NCBI GenBank assembly: GCA_964429815.1
Contig: CAYSCM010000001.1
Span: 437,705 to 501,704 of the forward strand
DNA from: an uncultured Candidatus Saccharibacteria bacterium
Lineage (GTDB): Bacteria; Patescibacteriota; Minisyncoccia; Phycocordibacterales; CAYSCM01
Length of the DNA stretch: 64,000 nucleotides
Direction: 5' to 3'
The first letter of the stretch is position 1. Every line of letters starts with the position of its first letter. Positions 17,636 through 26,676 of the stretch are shown one piece after another. The notes below the pieces were generated by a model. It did not search any database and had not been told where the DNA came from. It saw only the letters and a list, made by a program, of their open reading frames with translations. Made by a program: the position numbers and the translations under genes.

Positions 17636-18472
17636 ATGATCGAGAACCGCTGGCGCAAAAAGGCTAAGCCGGCGAAACTGGGCCGCCGCCGCCGCCGCCT
17701 CTTCTACATAAGAAGCGCGCTTATAACTACTGCAGCTCTCACGCTGGTAGCCAGCTCGATTCTCCTTTCGCACACCCCGGGGCTTCAGGTAAAGGAATTT
17801 TCGGTTTCAGGCAACAGTACGGCGCTTACGGACGATATCGTCGCTCTTGCTCGTAAGATTGGGCGAGGAGCATATTTGTTCGTATTTCCGAAAATGAACA
17901 TCGCATTGTATCCGCGCGAAGCGCTTGCCTCCGCGATTCTCTCCGAATTTCCCCAGCTCAAAGCCGCGAACATAAGCGAGCGAGGATTCACCGGACTTTC
18001 GATCGCAGTCACTGAGCGCACCCCGATCGGGCTTTGGTGTGGACGGCAGACGTCGGAAGGGAGTCCGGCAGCGAACGATTGCTACTTTCTCGATGAGGAT
18101 GGCTATATTTACGGCAAGGCGCCCGGCTTTTCTGGCCCCGTCTTTGTGCGCTTCTATGGACTTGATTTTGATGGCGAGGCAGTGGCAACACAGTACCTTC
18201 CGCCCGGCACCTTCAGGTCTCTTGAGGCATTTTTTTTGCAGATGCGCCGCCTTGGTCTTACGGTGAGTTCGTTCACGATAAAAGACCGCTACGATTACGA
18301 GGTCGATTTCAGCGAAGGGCCGTACCTCCTCTTTGCGCGCGCGAGCGACCTTACGGCGGTGCTCCAAAACCTGGAATCTGTCGCCGACTCCGATGCGCTC
18401 CGAGGCAAACTGAGTACGCTCGAATACCTTGACCTGCGTTTCGGCAATCGGGTCTACTACAAGGAACGATAA
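17636..18472 (+). CDS. FtsQ/DivIB-like cell division protein (putative)
   Basis: Basic N-terminus, a single TM helix, then a POTRA-like beta-rich periplasmic domain. Confidence 0.45.
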   Translation: MIENRWRKKAKPAKLGRRRRRLFYIRSALITTAALTLVASSILLSHTPGLQVKEFSVSGNSTALTDDIVALARKIGRGAYLFVFPKMNIALYPREALASAILSEFPQLKAANISERGFTGLSIAVTERTPIGLWCGRQTSEGSPAANDCYFLDEDGYIYGKAPGFSGPVFVRFYGLDFDGEAVATQYLPPGTFRSLEAFFLQMRRLGLTVSSFTIKDRYDYEVDFSEGPYLLFARASDLTAVLQNLESVADSDALRGKLSTLEYLDLRFGNRVYYKER

Positions 18473-18722
18473 GAGGCGGTCCGTCGAGGACCGCCTCTTC
18501 ACTTGTTGCTCCTGCGTATGCGCTTGAAATTTTCTCTGCGGCGCTCTTCTCGTTCGATTTCCTCGAGCTGGCCGCGAAGAGACCCGCTTTTGAATATGTC
18601 GAGCGCCACTTTCGGCAATCGAACGATGAGAGCGAGCATTCTGCGTATGCCCATGGAAGAACTCCTTTCACGGTCATAGTAGCGTCTTCCAAAGAAGGCA
18701 GGCAAGTGTTACGGTCATAACC

Positions 18723-19691
18723 GTGCAGAAAAACTTTTGGCTTACGCTCCCACGACCGTTTTTCCTCCTCGCGCCGATGGCGGACGTCACCGACGCGGCG
18801 TTTCGGCGCGTCATAGCCCGCTATGGCAAGCCCGATGCGATGTTCACCGAGTTCGTCTCCGCTGACGGACTCCTTCTGGCGGACGAGGAAAGCAGAAACA
18901 AGCTCATGAAGGACCTCATCTTTACGCAAGCGGAGCGGCCCATCGTCGCCCAGTTTTTCACAGCGACCCCGGATCATTTGGAACAGGCGGCCGCACTTGC
19001 CCGGGATATGGGCTTTGACGGCGTCGATATCAACATGGGGTGTCCCGATCGTGCTATAGAAAAACAAGGCGCCGGGGCGGCGCTCATAAAAAATCCCGCG
19101 CTCGCGCGGCAGCTCATCCGCGCCGCTAAGCGCGGCGCGGCCCCTCTTCCCGTCTCAGTGAAAACCCGCATCGGCTTCAATAAGAATGAGCTCGATACAT
19201 GGCTCCCTGAGCTTCTTGCCGAGGAGCCGGTCGCCATTACCCTCCACGCGCGCACGCGAAAAGAAATGTCCAAAGTTCCGGCACAGTGGGATCAAGTTAA
19301 GCGCGCGGTCGAGATTCGCGATTCGCTCAATTCCAAAACGTTCATTGTGGGGAATGGCGATGTGCTTACACTCGCGCAAGCTCGGGAAAAAATTGAACAT
19401 ACCGGCTGCGATGGGGTCATGATAGGCAAGGGAATCTTCGGTAACCCATGGCGATTCAATCGAAAACGCGATGAACCGACCCGACAGGAGCGACTCTCCG
19501 CGCTCGTCGAGCACGCAAGACTCTTTGAAGAGCTTCTCGGCGACACCAAAAGTTTTGCGGTCATGAAAAAGCACATCAAGGCGTACGTTGAAGGATTCCC
19601 CGGGGCGAAAGAGCTTCGCATGCGCCTCATGGAGGCGGCGGACGCTGCAACGGTCGCGCGCGCGATTGAGGAAACCCCGATTGCTCCGTAG
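18723..19691 (+). CDS. dus: tRNA-dihydrouridine synthase
   Basis: LAPMADVTDAAFR, DGVDINMGCP and KTRIG motifs of the Dus TIM barrel. Confidence 0.85.
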   Translation: MQKNFWLTLPRPFFLLAPMADVTDAAFRRVIARYGKPDAMFTEFVSADGLLLADEESRNKLMKDLIFTQAERPIVAQFFTATPDHLEQAAALARDMGFDGVDINMGCPDRAIEKQGAGAALIKNPALARQLIRAAKRGAAPLPVSVKTRIGFNKNELDTWLPELLAEEPVAITLHARTRKEMSKVPAQWDQVKRAVEIRDSLNSKTFIVGNGDVLTLAQAREKIEHTGCDGVMIGKGIFGNPWRFNRKRDEPTRQERLSALVEHARLFEELLGDTKSFAVMKKHIKAYVEGFPGAKELRMRLMEAADAATVARAIEETPIAP

Positions 19692-19746
19692 CGCGACTGG
19701 TGTTAGCGTGGCGTCAGAAATCAGGGAAATCCAGACAGGAGGTCTT

Positions 19747-20619
19747 ATGTCACAGATCCCCGTTCATGCAGTACGGCTCGTGAGCCGCTGCTCGGGCGTC
19801 GAGAGTGGTGGCAACGCGTACGCGACCATCCTCGTATCGGTGCACGAAAAAGAGTATACCCCTGCGTATGCGTGGATTCTCTACCGCGCGTACGGCAGTT
19901 CAACTAAGTCCGCGGAGAAGTACCTTATGCAGTGCTTCACGGACCAGGGCGAAGCGCTACGAAGCTTTCCGTGCGGCTATCCGGATCGACCATGGGAGGC
20001 GCAGAACGCGTGGCTCGCCGAGGTCGCATTCGACGAAGATCCGACTGTCATGCAGCGCACGTACTATCGCAAGATACCGGATTGGCTGTTTGGCCAAGAG
20101 CGAACGCTCGTCACACACCGGCCGTCTCTTTCTCCGGAGGAACCGATCGTGTGGCACTTTCCCGACTTCACGAAGGAAGAGAGCCGAATGCTCGAGGAGC
20201 TTGATATCGTTGTGCACGCGGCGTGTCGTGTCGCGATGGATGAACGTGCTCAAGAGCTTTCGGAGGAAGGGAAGCAGGAACACATTCTGGTCTTTTCCTC
20301 TCCAGAGCCGTTTGCCATCACAGAAGAGGCCCTGACGCGCGTATGGCTTCTCGAAGCTCGCAGTACGGTCGCACAGGACTACCGCAGTGCACGTTACTTC
20401 GATCCCGGTGATACGCTCTTTCTGGTTTACGTCGAGTACACGGCAATGCGAGAGGAGTTTCGTAAAAAGCATGTCCTCTACGCATGGAGGGACGGATTCC
20501 CGAGGGCGGCGCGGAAACAACTCATCAAAGGCGTTCGCGCCTGGGCGCGAACGCACGGGTTCAACTCTTCGTTCAAGCACTTCGGCCTTATCCTCAGGAG
20601 CGTTCACCGCTCGTCATGA
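19747..20619 (+). CDS. hypothetical protein (290 aa)
   Basis: SD AGGAGG upstream of MSQIPV. No recognisable domain. Confidence 0.55.
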   Translation: MSQIPVHAVRLVSRCSGVESGGNAYATILVSVHEKEYTPAYAWILYRAYGSSTKSAEKYLMQCFTDQGEALRSFPCGYPDRPWEAQNAWLAEVAFDEDPTVMQRTYYRKIPDWLFGQERTLVTHRPSLSPEEPIVWHFPDFTKEESRMLEELDIVVHAACRVAMDERAQELSEEGKQEHILVFSSPEPFAITEEALTRVWLLEARSTVAQDYRSARYFDPGDTLFLVYVEYTAMREEFRKKHVLYAWRDGFPRAARKQLIKGVRAWARTHGFNSSFKHFGLILRSVHRSS

Positions 20620-20678
20620 TCTATCAAGGCGCGCCTTGCGGCGCGCCTTTTTGTTTTTTCACCTATATAATGAGAGCC

Positions 20679-21719
20679 ATGTCGGAAAATCTCGCGCTCT
20701 ACCGTAAGTACCGTCCGCGCTCCTTTACGGAAGTGCTCGGTCAGGATCAGGTCGTGAAGGTGCTTCAAGGGGCCATCAAGAAGGGTAACATCGCGCACGC
20801 GTACCTTTTCGCCGGCTCGCGCGGCACGGGGAAGACTTCCATCGCGCGCATTTTCGCTCGAGAAATAGGCACTTCCGATAAGGATCTCTACGAGATAGAT
20901 GCGGCAAGCAATCGCGGCGTCGATGACATTCGCGAACTTCGCGAGGGTGTCCATGCCCTCCCATTCGGTTCCGCTCACAAGGTCTACATTGTTGATGAGG
21001 TACACATGCTCACGAAGGAGGCGTTCAACGCGTTTCTGAAAACACTCGAAGAGCCTCCGAAGCATGCGGTATTCATTCTCGCCACCACCGAGATGGAAAA
21101 ACTTCCCGAGACTATTATTTCGCGCTGCCAGGTATTTACCTTCAAAAAACCGACGCAGAAGATCCTCAAGGACATGGTGAGTGTGGTCGCCAAAAAAGAA
21201 GGCTTCAGCATAGAGCCGGCCGCAGCAGAGCTCATGGCATTGCTCGCTGACGGTTCGTTTCGCGACGCGCTGGGAGTTCTCCAAAAGATCCTGAGCTCCT
21301 CTAAAGACAAAAAGGTAAGCCTCTCTGAGGTCGAGCTCGTGACCGGCGCGCCCAAAGCAGGGCTCCTCGTCGGAGTCCTTTCCTCCATCGGCTCCGGCGA
21401 TGCATCCGCAGGCCTCAGGGCGGTCAAACGAGCCGCCGTGGAGAACATTGACATGAGGGTTTTTCTCACGATGCTCCTCGAGCGCGTCCGCACTGTACTT
21501 CTCTTGCGCTTCGCGAAAGATATGGAAAGCGCTCTTGCCGAAGAATTTAACGAAGACGAGTTCGCAACGTTAAAAAAAATCGCTGCGACGAAAGACTCCA
21601 AAATAAACGCCGCAACCCTAAAACGCCTCCTCGAGGCGTACACGGAATCCGCTCGCGCCTACATCCCCGAGCTGCCGCTCGAGCTCGCGCTTATCGACCT
21701 TGCGGGGGAAGAGAATTAG
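20679..21719 (+). CDS. dnaX: DNA polymerase III subunit gamma/tau, short gamma-like form
   Basis: YRKYRPRSF, AYLFAGSRGTGKTS (Walker A) and DEVHML (Walker B); the tau C-terminal domains are absent. Confidence 0.85.
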   Translation: MSENLALYRKYRPRSFTEVLGQDQVVKVLQGAIKKGNIAHAYLFAGSRGTGKTSIARIFAREIGTSDKDLYEIDAASNRGVDDIRELREGVHALPFGSAHKVYIVDEVHMLTKEAFNAFLKTLEEPPKHAVFILATTEMEKLPETIISRCQVFTFKKPTQKILKDMVSVVAKKEGFSIEPAAAELMALLADGSFRDALGVLQKILSSSKDKKVSLSEVELVTGAPKAGLLVGVLSSIGSGDASAGLRAVKRAAVENIDMRVFLTMLLERVRTVLLLRFAKDMESALAEEFNEDEFATLKKIAATKDSKINAATLKRLLEAYTESARAYIPELPLELALIDLAGEEN

Positions 21720-21758
21720 CCTGATGTGACACTCGCACTTTTTCACACGCCGTAGGGT

Positions 21759-23621
21759 ATGCATAAGACTTCGCTGCAAACGGGATTCGAAATAGTATTG
21801 AGCGCGGCTCTTGGCGTTATACTGCTCCTCCACTACCTACACCATCTCTCGGATCTGCCCGCGCTCATCATGTACGCGGCACTTGCCGGCACTGTGCCGG
21901 TCATCGTCGGCGCAGTGCTCGACCTCTGGAGAGGGGAGTGGGCATCGATGGACATGCTCGCCTCCATCGCCCTTATCTTTTCGCTCGCCGATCATGAGTG
22001 GGGGCCTGCTGCGTTCATCGCGCTCATGCTCGCAACCGCGCGTCTCCTCTCCCTCTACACGGCCACCCGCGCAGAGAAGAGTATCGACAGTCTCTTCAAG
22101 CTGCGTCCCGAGTCGGCCAGGATCGAGCGCGCCGGAGCGATAGAGATTGTGCCGCTTGAAAAAGTGGTACCTGGCGACACCGTCCTCCTCGACGTGGGCG
22201 AGCGCATACCTGTTGACGGCGTTGTCGTCTCGGGGGAAGCCGCTGTCGACGAGTCCTCCCTCACCGGGGAGTCGCTCCCAGTCGATAAGGAGAAAGACTC
22301 GCAGGTCTTCAGCTCGACCCTCGTTTCCTCTGGCGGTCTCCGGGTGCGCACGGAGCGGGTCGGCAAGGACACGACGCTCGAGAAAATCATCGAGCTTGTA
22401 AAATCCGCCCGCGCCAAGCGCCCCGCGATCGAAACAGCCGCCGAGCGCTTCGGCAAAGCCTATCTCGTGGGCATGATAGCCCTCTCCGCCAGCCTCCTTT
22501 ATCTCACGCGCGACATTCATCTGGTGCTCTCCGTCGTCCTCGTCGTCTGCGCGGACGATGTTGCGGTCGCCATACCGCTTGCGTTCATGGGTGCCATCGG
22601 CTCGGCCGCCAAGCGCGGAGTAGTCGTAAAGGGAAGTGCCCACCTCGAGGCGCTGCGGCGCGCGACGACGTTCGTCTTCGACAAGACCGGCACCCTCACG
22701 ACGGGCAAACTCACTGTCTCAGGCATTTCCTGCACGAAGGGCTGCGACGAAGGAGAGCTCCTCAGCTACTCCGCGCTCGCCTCGCGCGGCTCGAAGCACC
22801 CGCTCTCCCGCGCCATTACCGCCTACGCAAATGAGCGCGGCATTCCCCCGCTTACCCCCGATGAATCGCACTCGGTCGGCGGCAAGGGCGCGATCGCGAC
22901 CTACCAAGGTTCGCGTATACTCATCGGGCGCCGCGCATTCATGCGCTCAGAAAAAATTGAGATACCGGAGGAAATAGAAAAAGCCATCGCCTCCTACGGC
23001 GATGAGGGCAAGAGCATTTCCCTTACCGCCAAGGACGGAAAAATCCTCGGTATCATTGCGCTCCACGACGAGATACGCCCCGAGGCCAAAGACTCCCTCA
23101 TGGCGCTCCGAGAGCTCGGCGCGAAGCGCCTCGTGATGCTCACGGGAGATAATGAGCACGTCGCGCGCGTCGTCGCGCGCGAGCTTAGCATCGACGAGTT
23201 CCACGCGGGACTTATGCCGCAGGACAAAGTCGCTCGCATCGAGTCTTTCGTAAAGGAAGGGTCGGTCGTCATGGTGGGGGACGGGGTGAACGACGCGGCG
23301 GCCCTCTCCGCAGCCACGGTGGGTATCGCGATGGGCGCCATCGGCTACGACACCGCCATCGAGTCGGCAAGCATCGTCCTTATGACCGACGATCTCGAGC
23401 GCATGGTGGAGACAGTGCGGCTCTCGCGGCGGGTCCAGCACATCGCGACAGAGGATTTCTGGATATGGGGCGCCACCAACGCGCTCGGGCTCGCGCTTGT
23501 CTTTCTGGGCTTTATCGGGCCGGCGGGTGCGGCGGCCTACAACTTCATTTCAGACTTTTTCCCGCTCGGGAATTCCGTGCGCGCGTGGTTCCCCGCGCGC
23601 CTCTCTACGAAAACGAGATAA
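21759..23621 (+). CDS. cation-transporting P-type ATPase, P1B-like, lacking an N-terminal metal-binding domain
   Basis: TGES, DKTGTLT and VGDGVNDAAAL motifs. The TM motif reads VVCADD where CPC/CPx is expected. Confidence 0.75.
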   Translation: MHKTSLQTGFEIVLSAALGVILLLHYLHHLSDLPALIMYAALAGTVPVIVGAVLDLWRGEWASMDMLASIALIFSLADHEWGPAAFIALMLATARLLSLYTATRAEKSIDSLFKLRPESARIERAGAIEIVPLEKVVPGDTVLLDVGERIPVDGVVVSGEAAVDESSLTGESLPVDKEKDSQVFSSTLVSSGGLRVRTERVGKDTTLEKIIELVKSARAKRPAIETAAERFGKAYLVGMIALSASLLYLTRDIHLVLSVVLVVCADDVAVAIPLAFMGAIGSAAKRGVVVKGSAHLEALRRATTFVFDKTGTLTTGKLTVSGISCTKGCDEGELLSYSALASRGSKHPLSRAITAYANERGIPPLTPDESHSVGGKGAIATYQGSRILIGRRAFMRSEKIEIPEEIEKAIASYGDEGKSISLTAKDGKILGIIALHDEIRPEAKDSLMALRELGAKRLVMLTGDNEHVARVVARELSIDEFHAGLMPQDKVARIESFVKEGSVVMVGDGVNDAAALSAATVGIAMGAIGYDTAIESASIVLMTDDLERMVETVRLSRRVQHIATEDFWIWGATNALGLALVFLGFIGPAGAAAYNFISDFFPLGNSVRAWFPARLSTKTR

Positions 23622-23907
23622 GAAGATAGCTAAGGTAAAGGCCGACCAAGAGCGCAAAGGAGCCGACGGTCCTGCCGAAGAAGACGAGTGCCTCAGGGCG
23701 CTTCTCATCGAGGTAGAGCTCGATGGGCACGGCAAGAAATAGGTAGCCCATGACCACCGCGGAGAGGACGAAAAATCCCAGTAAAAGTATGGGGAGAAAA
23801 AGCGTTTGCTGGAGCGCGTGCATCGAGGAGATAAGGTTAATTATAAAGACGATGCCGACGATATAGAGGCCGGCTAGGAGCGTGCGCACATAGGGGTTTC
23901 TGCTCAT
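23605..23907 (-). CDS. small integral membrane protein (100 aa)
   Basis: Three predicted TM helices. Convergent with the ATPase gene. Confidence 0.4.
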   Translation of the reverse strand: MSRNPYVRTLLAGLYIVGIVFIINLISSMHALQQTLFLPILLLGFFVLSAVVMGYLFLAVPIELYLDEKRPEALVFFGRTVGSFALLVGLYLSYLLISFS

Positions 23908-24093
23908 GGTCTTTACAACTGTGCCGATAACTAAAAGTTATTTCTTGAACCTAAGAGGTATCTAGGCTTTCACTTTCATCATAGGGCCTGCCGCAAGCGC
24001 TTTACACAAATCCATAGGTGTCTTTCCCATCAGGAGTTGTAGCAAATCGACTGCTACGCCAGGCGCGCTGCTGAAGTCCCTGAAAAGGGTGTA

Positions 24094-25317
24094 TCAGGGA
24101 TTATTGAGCGCCGTCAAAAGTGTCTGCAAGGCCACTTTGGCGGTTTGTGCGTTCGGATTCACTGCGCGAATTTCGCGCAGCACTGTATCGATCGCTCCAT
24201 CTATATGTGTCCAAGCGGTCGGGTCCAACGGCTTCATTTGAGCCTGCGCATGGTCCCAATCGTACTCGAGGTCGTTGGCATGGCCATTTGCGCCTGGCCA
24301 ATCCGCGGCATTCACGGAATCAAGAATGGCCTGCGTGACAGACTTCAACATAGATAGATCGCCGAGCGGTGAAAGGGTAGTATTTCCTAAAGCCACGGCG
24401 GTTGATTTTGCAGCTTGCTGCTTGGTTTGGAGCTCATGGGTTCGCCAGATGTATCCGCCTATAGCCGCAATCGCAAGGAGCACAGTCACGATGACGACTT
24501 GAATGAAAATGCGTCCCCCAGGCTCTCCCGAGGGTTTCTCCGCCGCAACGGTCTCACTGGTTATGTCTGGCTTGGCGATGATGAGGTAGAGGACAGTGAG
24601 CGCTATGGCGGCCGTAAAGATACCGGTCGTAAGAGTCGCACCGAACCCAAGGCCTCCATGCGCCTGTGTTTGCGTGAGAAAATCGCCGATCGATGCTCCT
24701 AGGGGCCGCGTAAAAATATAGATTATCCAAAACGCCAGTATCGAGTTGAGTCCCGCTCGCCAGGCGACGGCAAAAACCGCGATGAGAAGGGCGACGATGA
24801 CCCCGGTCGTGAAGTAGCCAAGCCCGAGCGCCTCGGCGTACAGATCGCCTGTTGCAGTACCAAGTGCAAATGTGAATAGAACCGCAAGCCAATAAAATGC
24901 TTCGCGCTTAGTAGTAAAGATCGAATGAATCGAGAGTGTCTTTTCCTGCCAATACCAAACGGCAAAAGTAATAAGCAGGAGCGCACTAAAGATCATTGTG
25001 CTGTACTCGAGCGGGAATCCGAGCGCGTCGGTGAGGTTGTCGGTCACCAGCGTGCCAAAGACGCTGATGAGGACGACGTTGAGCCAGTAGACGACAGGTA
25101 TATATCGCTTGGCGCGGAATTGAACGGCGAGCGCTATAGCAAGCACTATGCCCATAACAAACGACGTGCCGCGGAGACCGAAATTCAGACTGACGTTGAG
25201 GAAATCCGACGCCGTTTCCCCGACCGTCGTGCAGAGGACCTTAATAATCCAGAAATACAGGGTGATTTCCGGAACCTTATTGAGCATCTTGCGTATTATT
25301 TGAGCGTTCGTCGGCAT
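24094..25317 (-). CDS. integral membrane protein with an internally duplicated multi-TM module
   Basis: Two repeats carry GTATGD/GASIGD and LGLGYFTTG/HGGLGFGATLTTG motifs. The ORF-track N-terminal extension reads through tRNA-Gln, so the start is set at MPTNAQ. Confidence 0.55.
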   Translation of the reverse strand: MPTNAQIIRKMLNKVPEITLYFWIIKVLCTTVGETASDFLNVSLNFGLRGTSFVMGIVLAIALAVQFRAKRYIPVVYWLNVVLISVFGTLVTDNLTDALGFPLEYSTMIFSALLLITFAVWYWQEKTLSIHSIFTTKREAFYWLAVLFTFALGTATGDLYAEALGLGYFTTGVIVALLIAVFAVAWRAGLNSILAFWIIYIFTRPLGASIGDFLTQTQAHGGLGFGATLTTGIFTAAIALTVLYLIIAKPDITSETVAAEKPSGEPGGRIFIQVVIVTVLLAIAAIGGYIWRTHELQTKQQAAKSTAVALGNTTLSPLGDLSMLKSVTQAILDSVNAADWPGANGHANDLEYDWDHAQAQMKPLDPTAWTHIDGAIDTVLREIRAVNPNAQTAKVALQTLLTALNNP

Positions 25318-25353
25318 AGGGGAGATGCTATCACGGCGATTGTGCAGAATTTG

Positions 25354-25424
25354 CTGGGGGACAGGGATTCGAACCCCGATTAATGGCTCCAAAGGCCACT
25401 GTCCTACCGTTAGACGATCCCCCA
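25354..25424 (-). tRNA. tRNA-Gln (anticodon TTG)
   Basis: The reverse complement is TGGGGGA-TC-GTC-TAACGGTAG-GAC-A-GTGGC-CTTTGGA-GCCAT-TAAT-CGGGG-TTCGAAT-CCCTG-TCCCCCA-G. The 7-bp acceptor pairs perfectly, and the architecture parallels E. coli tRNA-Gln. Confidence 0.75.
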
Positions 25425-25505
25425 ATGGAGAGATACTAACCCGTGAGTGGTGTCGAGGCAAAGTTGTAAAAAATCTTCAAACGGGTAGATTCGGGAGAGG
25501 AACGT

Positions 25506-25991
25506 ATGAGGAACAAGATGACGCTCGAGTATCTCTTGGTGCTACCCGTCGACCCGATGCCGGTCGGGGCAACCTATCGACGCAATGAGTCGCTGCCGCT
25601 TCACTGTACGCTGATGCCGTGGTTTCCGCTGAGCCTTGAGACGAGCTTTCAGATGCTCGAGGAGGTCTTGGGGCAGATCGCGCTTCGCACACCTCCTCTT
25701 GCGCTGGTGTCGGAGCGAAGTGAACTTTTCGGGCCCAACAAGAACGTGCATGTCCACACACTTCGGATGCCCGACGCGCTCGAGGACCTTCACTACCGCG
25801 TTTGTGAGAAGCTCCTGGACTTTGGCAGTCTGCCGAAGAGCCCGTGGATAGGCGATGGGTACCGCCCGCATGTCTCCGACCACAATGGAAGGACGTATCT
25901 CCCGGGCACGGTCACCATCGCCAAAAGGATTACACTTCTTTCGCGCAATGCCGTCGAAAAGAGCGTCATTCGAGAATTTGCCCTCGATTGA
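25506..25991 (+). CDS. 2H phosphoesterase superfamily protein (LigT-like)
   Basis: Two H-x-T/S-x motifs (LHCTLM and RPHVSD) at the spacing typical of 2H enzymes. Confidence 0.5.
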   Translation: MRNKMTLEYLLVLPVDPMPVGATYRRNESLPLHCTLMPWFPLSLETSFQMLEEVLGQIALRTPPLALVSERSELFGPNKNVHVHTLRMPDALEDLHYRVCEKLLDFGSLPKSPWIGDGYRPHVSDHNGRTYLPGTVTIAKRITLLSRNAVEKSVIREFALD

Positions 25992-26070
25992 GTACGCTGC
26001 GCCGCCCAGGGAACCTGGGCGGCGCTTTTTCTACACTGGCGCTTCAGGCTCGCGGCGGTACACTACTCTC

Positions 26071-26670
26071 ATGCGCAACATTATCGTTCTCTCGTTTATC
26101 AGCCTTGATGGTATCATGCAAGCCCCCGGCGGACCGCAGGAGGATACCTCGGGCGGATTTACATATGGCGGTTGGACCGTGCCGTACTTTGACGAGGTAG
26201 CAGGACAGATGATGGGAGAGCAAATGAAGGAGCCATTCGAGCTTCTCCTTGGCAGGAAAACGTTTGATATCTTCGCCGCCTACTGGCCGCAGCATGAGAG
26301 TACATGGCCCGGCATCAATAGTTCAAAAAAGTATGTTGCTTCAACTATAAAAAGCTCGCACACGTGGGAGAACTCCATTTTCCTTAAAAATCCGGTCGTC
26401 GAGGAAGTAAAGAAACTTAAAGAGGGAAGCGGCCCCGATCTGCAGGTTCACGGCAGCGGCAATTTTATCCAAACGCTCCTCAAAAATGACCTCGTCGATG
26501 AGCTTTGGCTCAAAACATTTCCCCTCACCCTAGGCTCCGGCAAGCGCCTCTTTGCGGAAGGCACCATCCCCGCCGCCTTCTCGCTTGTAGAGACCAAAGT
26601 GACCCCGGCTGGTGTTATCTTTGCCAACTACAAACGCGCGGGCGAAGTCAAAACCGGTTCATTCGAATAG
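26071..26670 (+). CDS. dihydrofolate reductase family protein (RibD C-terminal domain-like)
   Basis: MRNIIVLSFISLDGIMQAPGGP...ELLLGRKTF...VHGSGNFIQTLLKNDLVDEL matches the RibD_C / DHFR-like fold. Confidence 0.6.
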   Translation: MRNIIVLSFISLDGIMQAPGGPQEDTSGGFTYGGWTVPYFDEVAGQMMGEQMKEPFELLLGRKTFDIFAAYWPQHESTWPGINSSKKYVASTIKSSHTWENSIFLKNPVVEEVKKLKEGSGPDLQVHGSGNFIQTLLKNDLVDELWLKTFPLTLGSGKRLFAEGTIPAAFSLVETKVTPAGVIFANYKRAGEVKTGSFE

Positions 26671-26676
26671 TGCGGG

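Noticed and set aside
18499-18705. 68-aa minus-strand ORF in the ftsQ-dus intergenic gap
   Set aside because: No convincing SD or terminator, and a highly basic, low-complexity product. It could be real, but there is insufficient support.
20604-21643. Minus-strand ORFs of 226 and 219 aa
   Set aside because: They are antisense to dnaX. They are spurious long frames in GC-rich sequence.
23908-24093. 186-bp intergenic gap inspected for a small RNA (RNase P, SRP or tmRNA signatures)
   Set aside because: No conserved motifs were found (no GGAAAGUCCGG, no SRP domain IV, no tmRNA tag frame). It is probably just the convergent gene ends.
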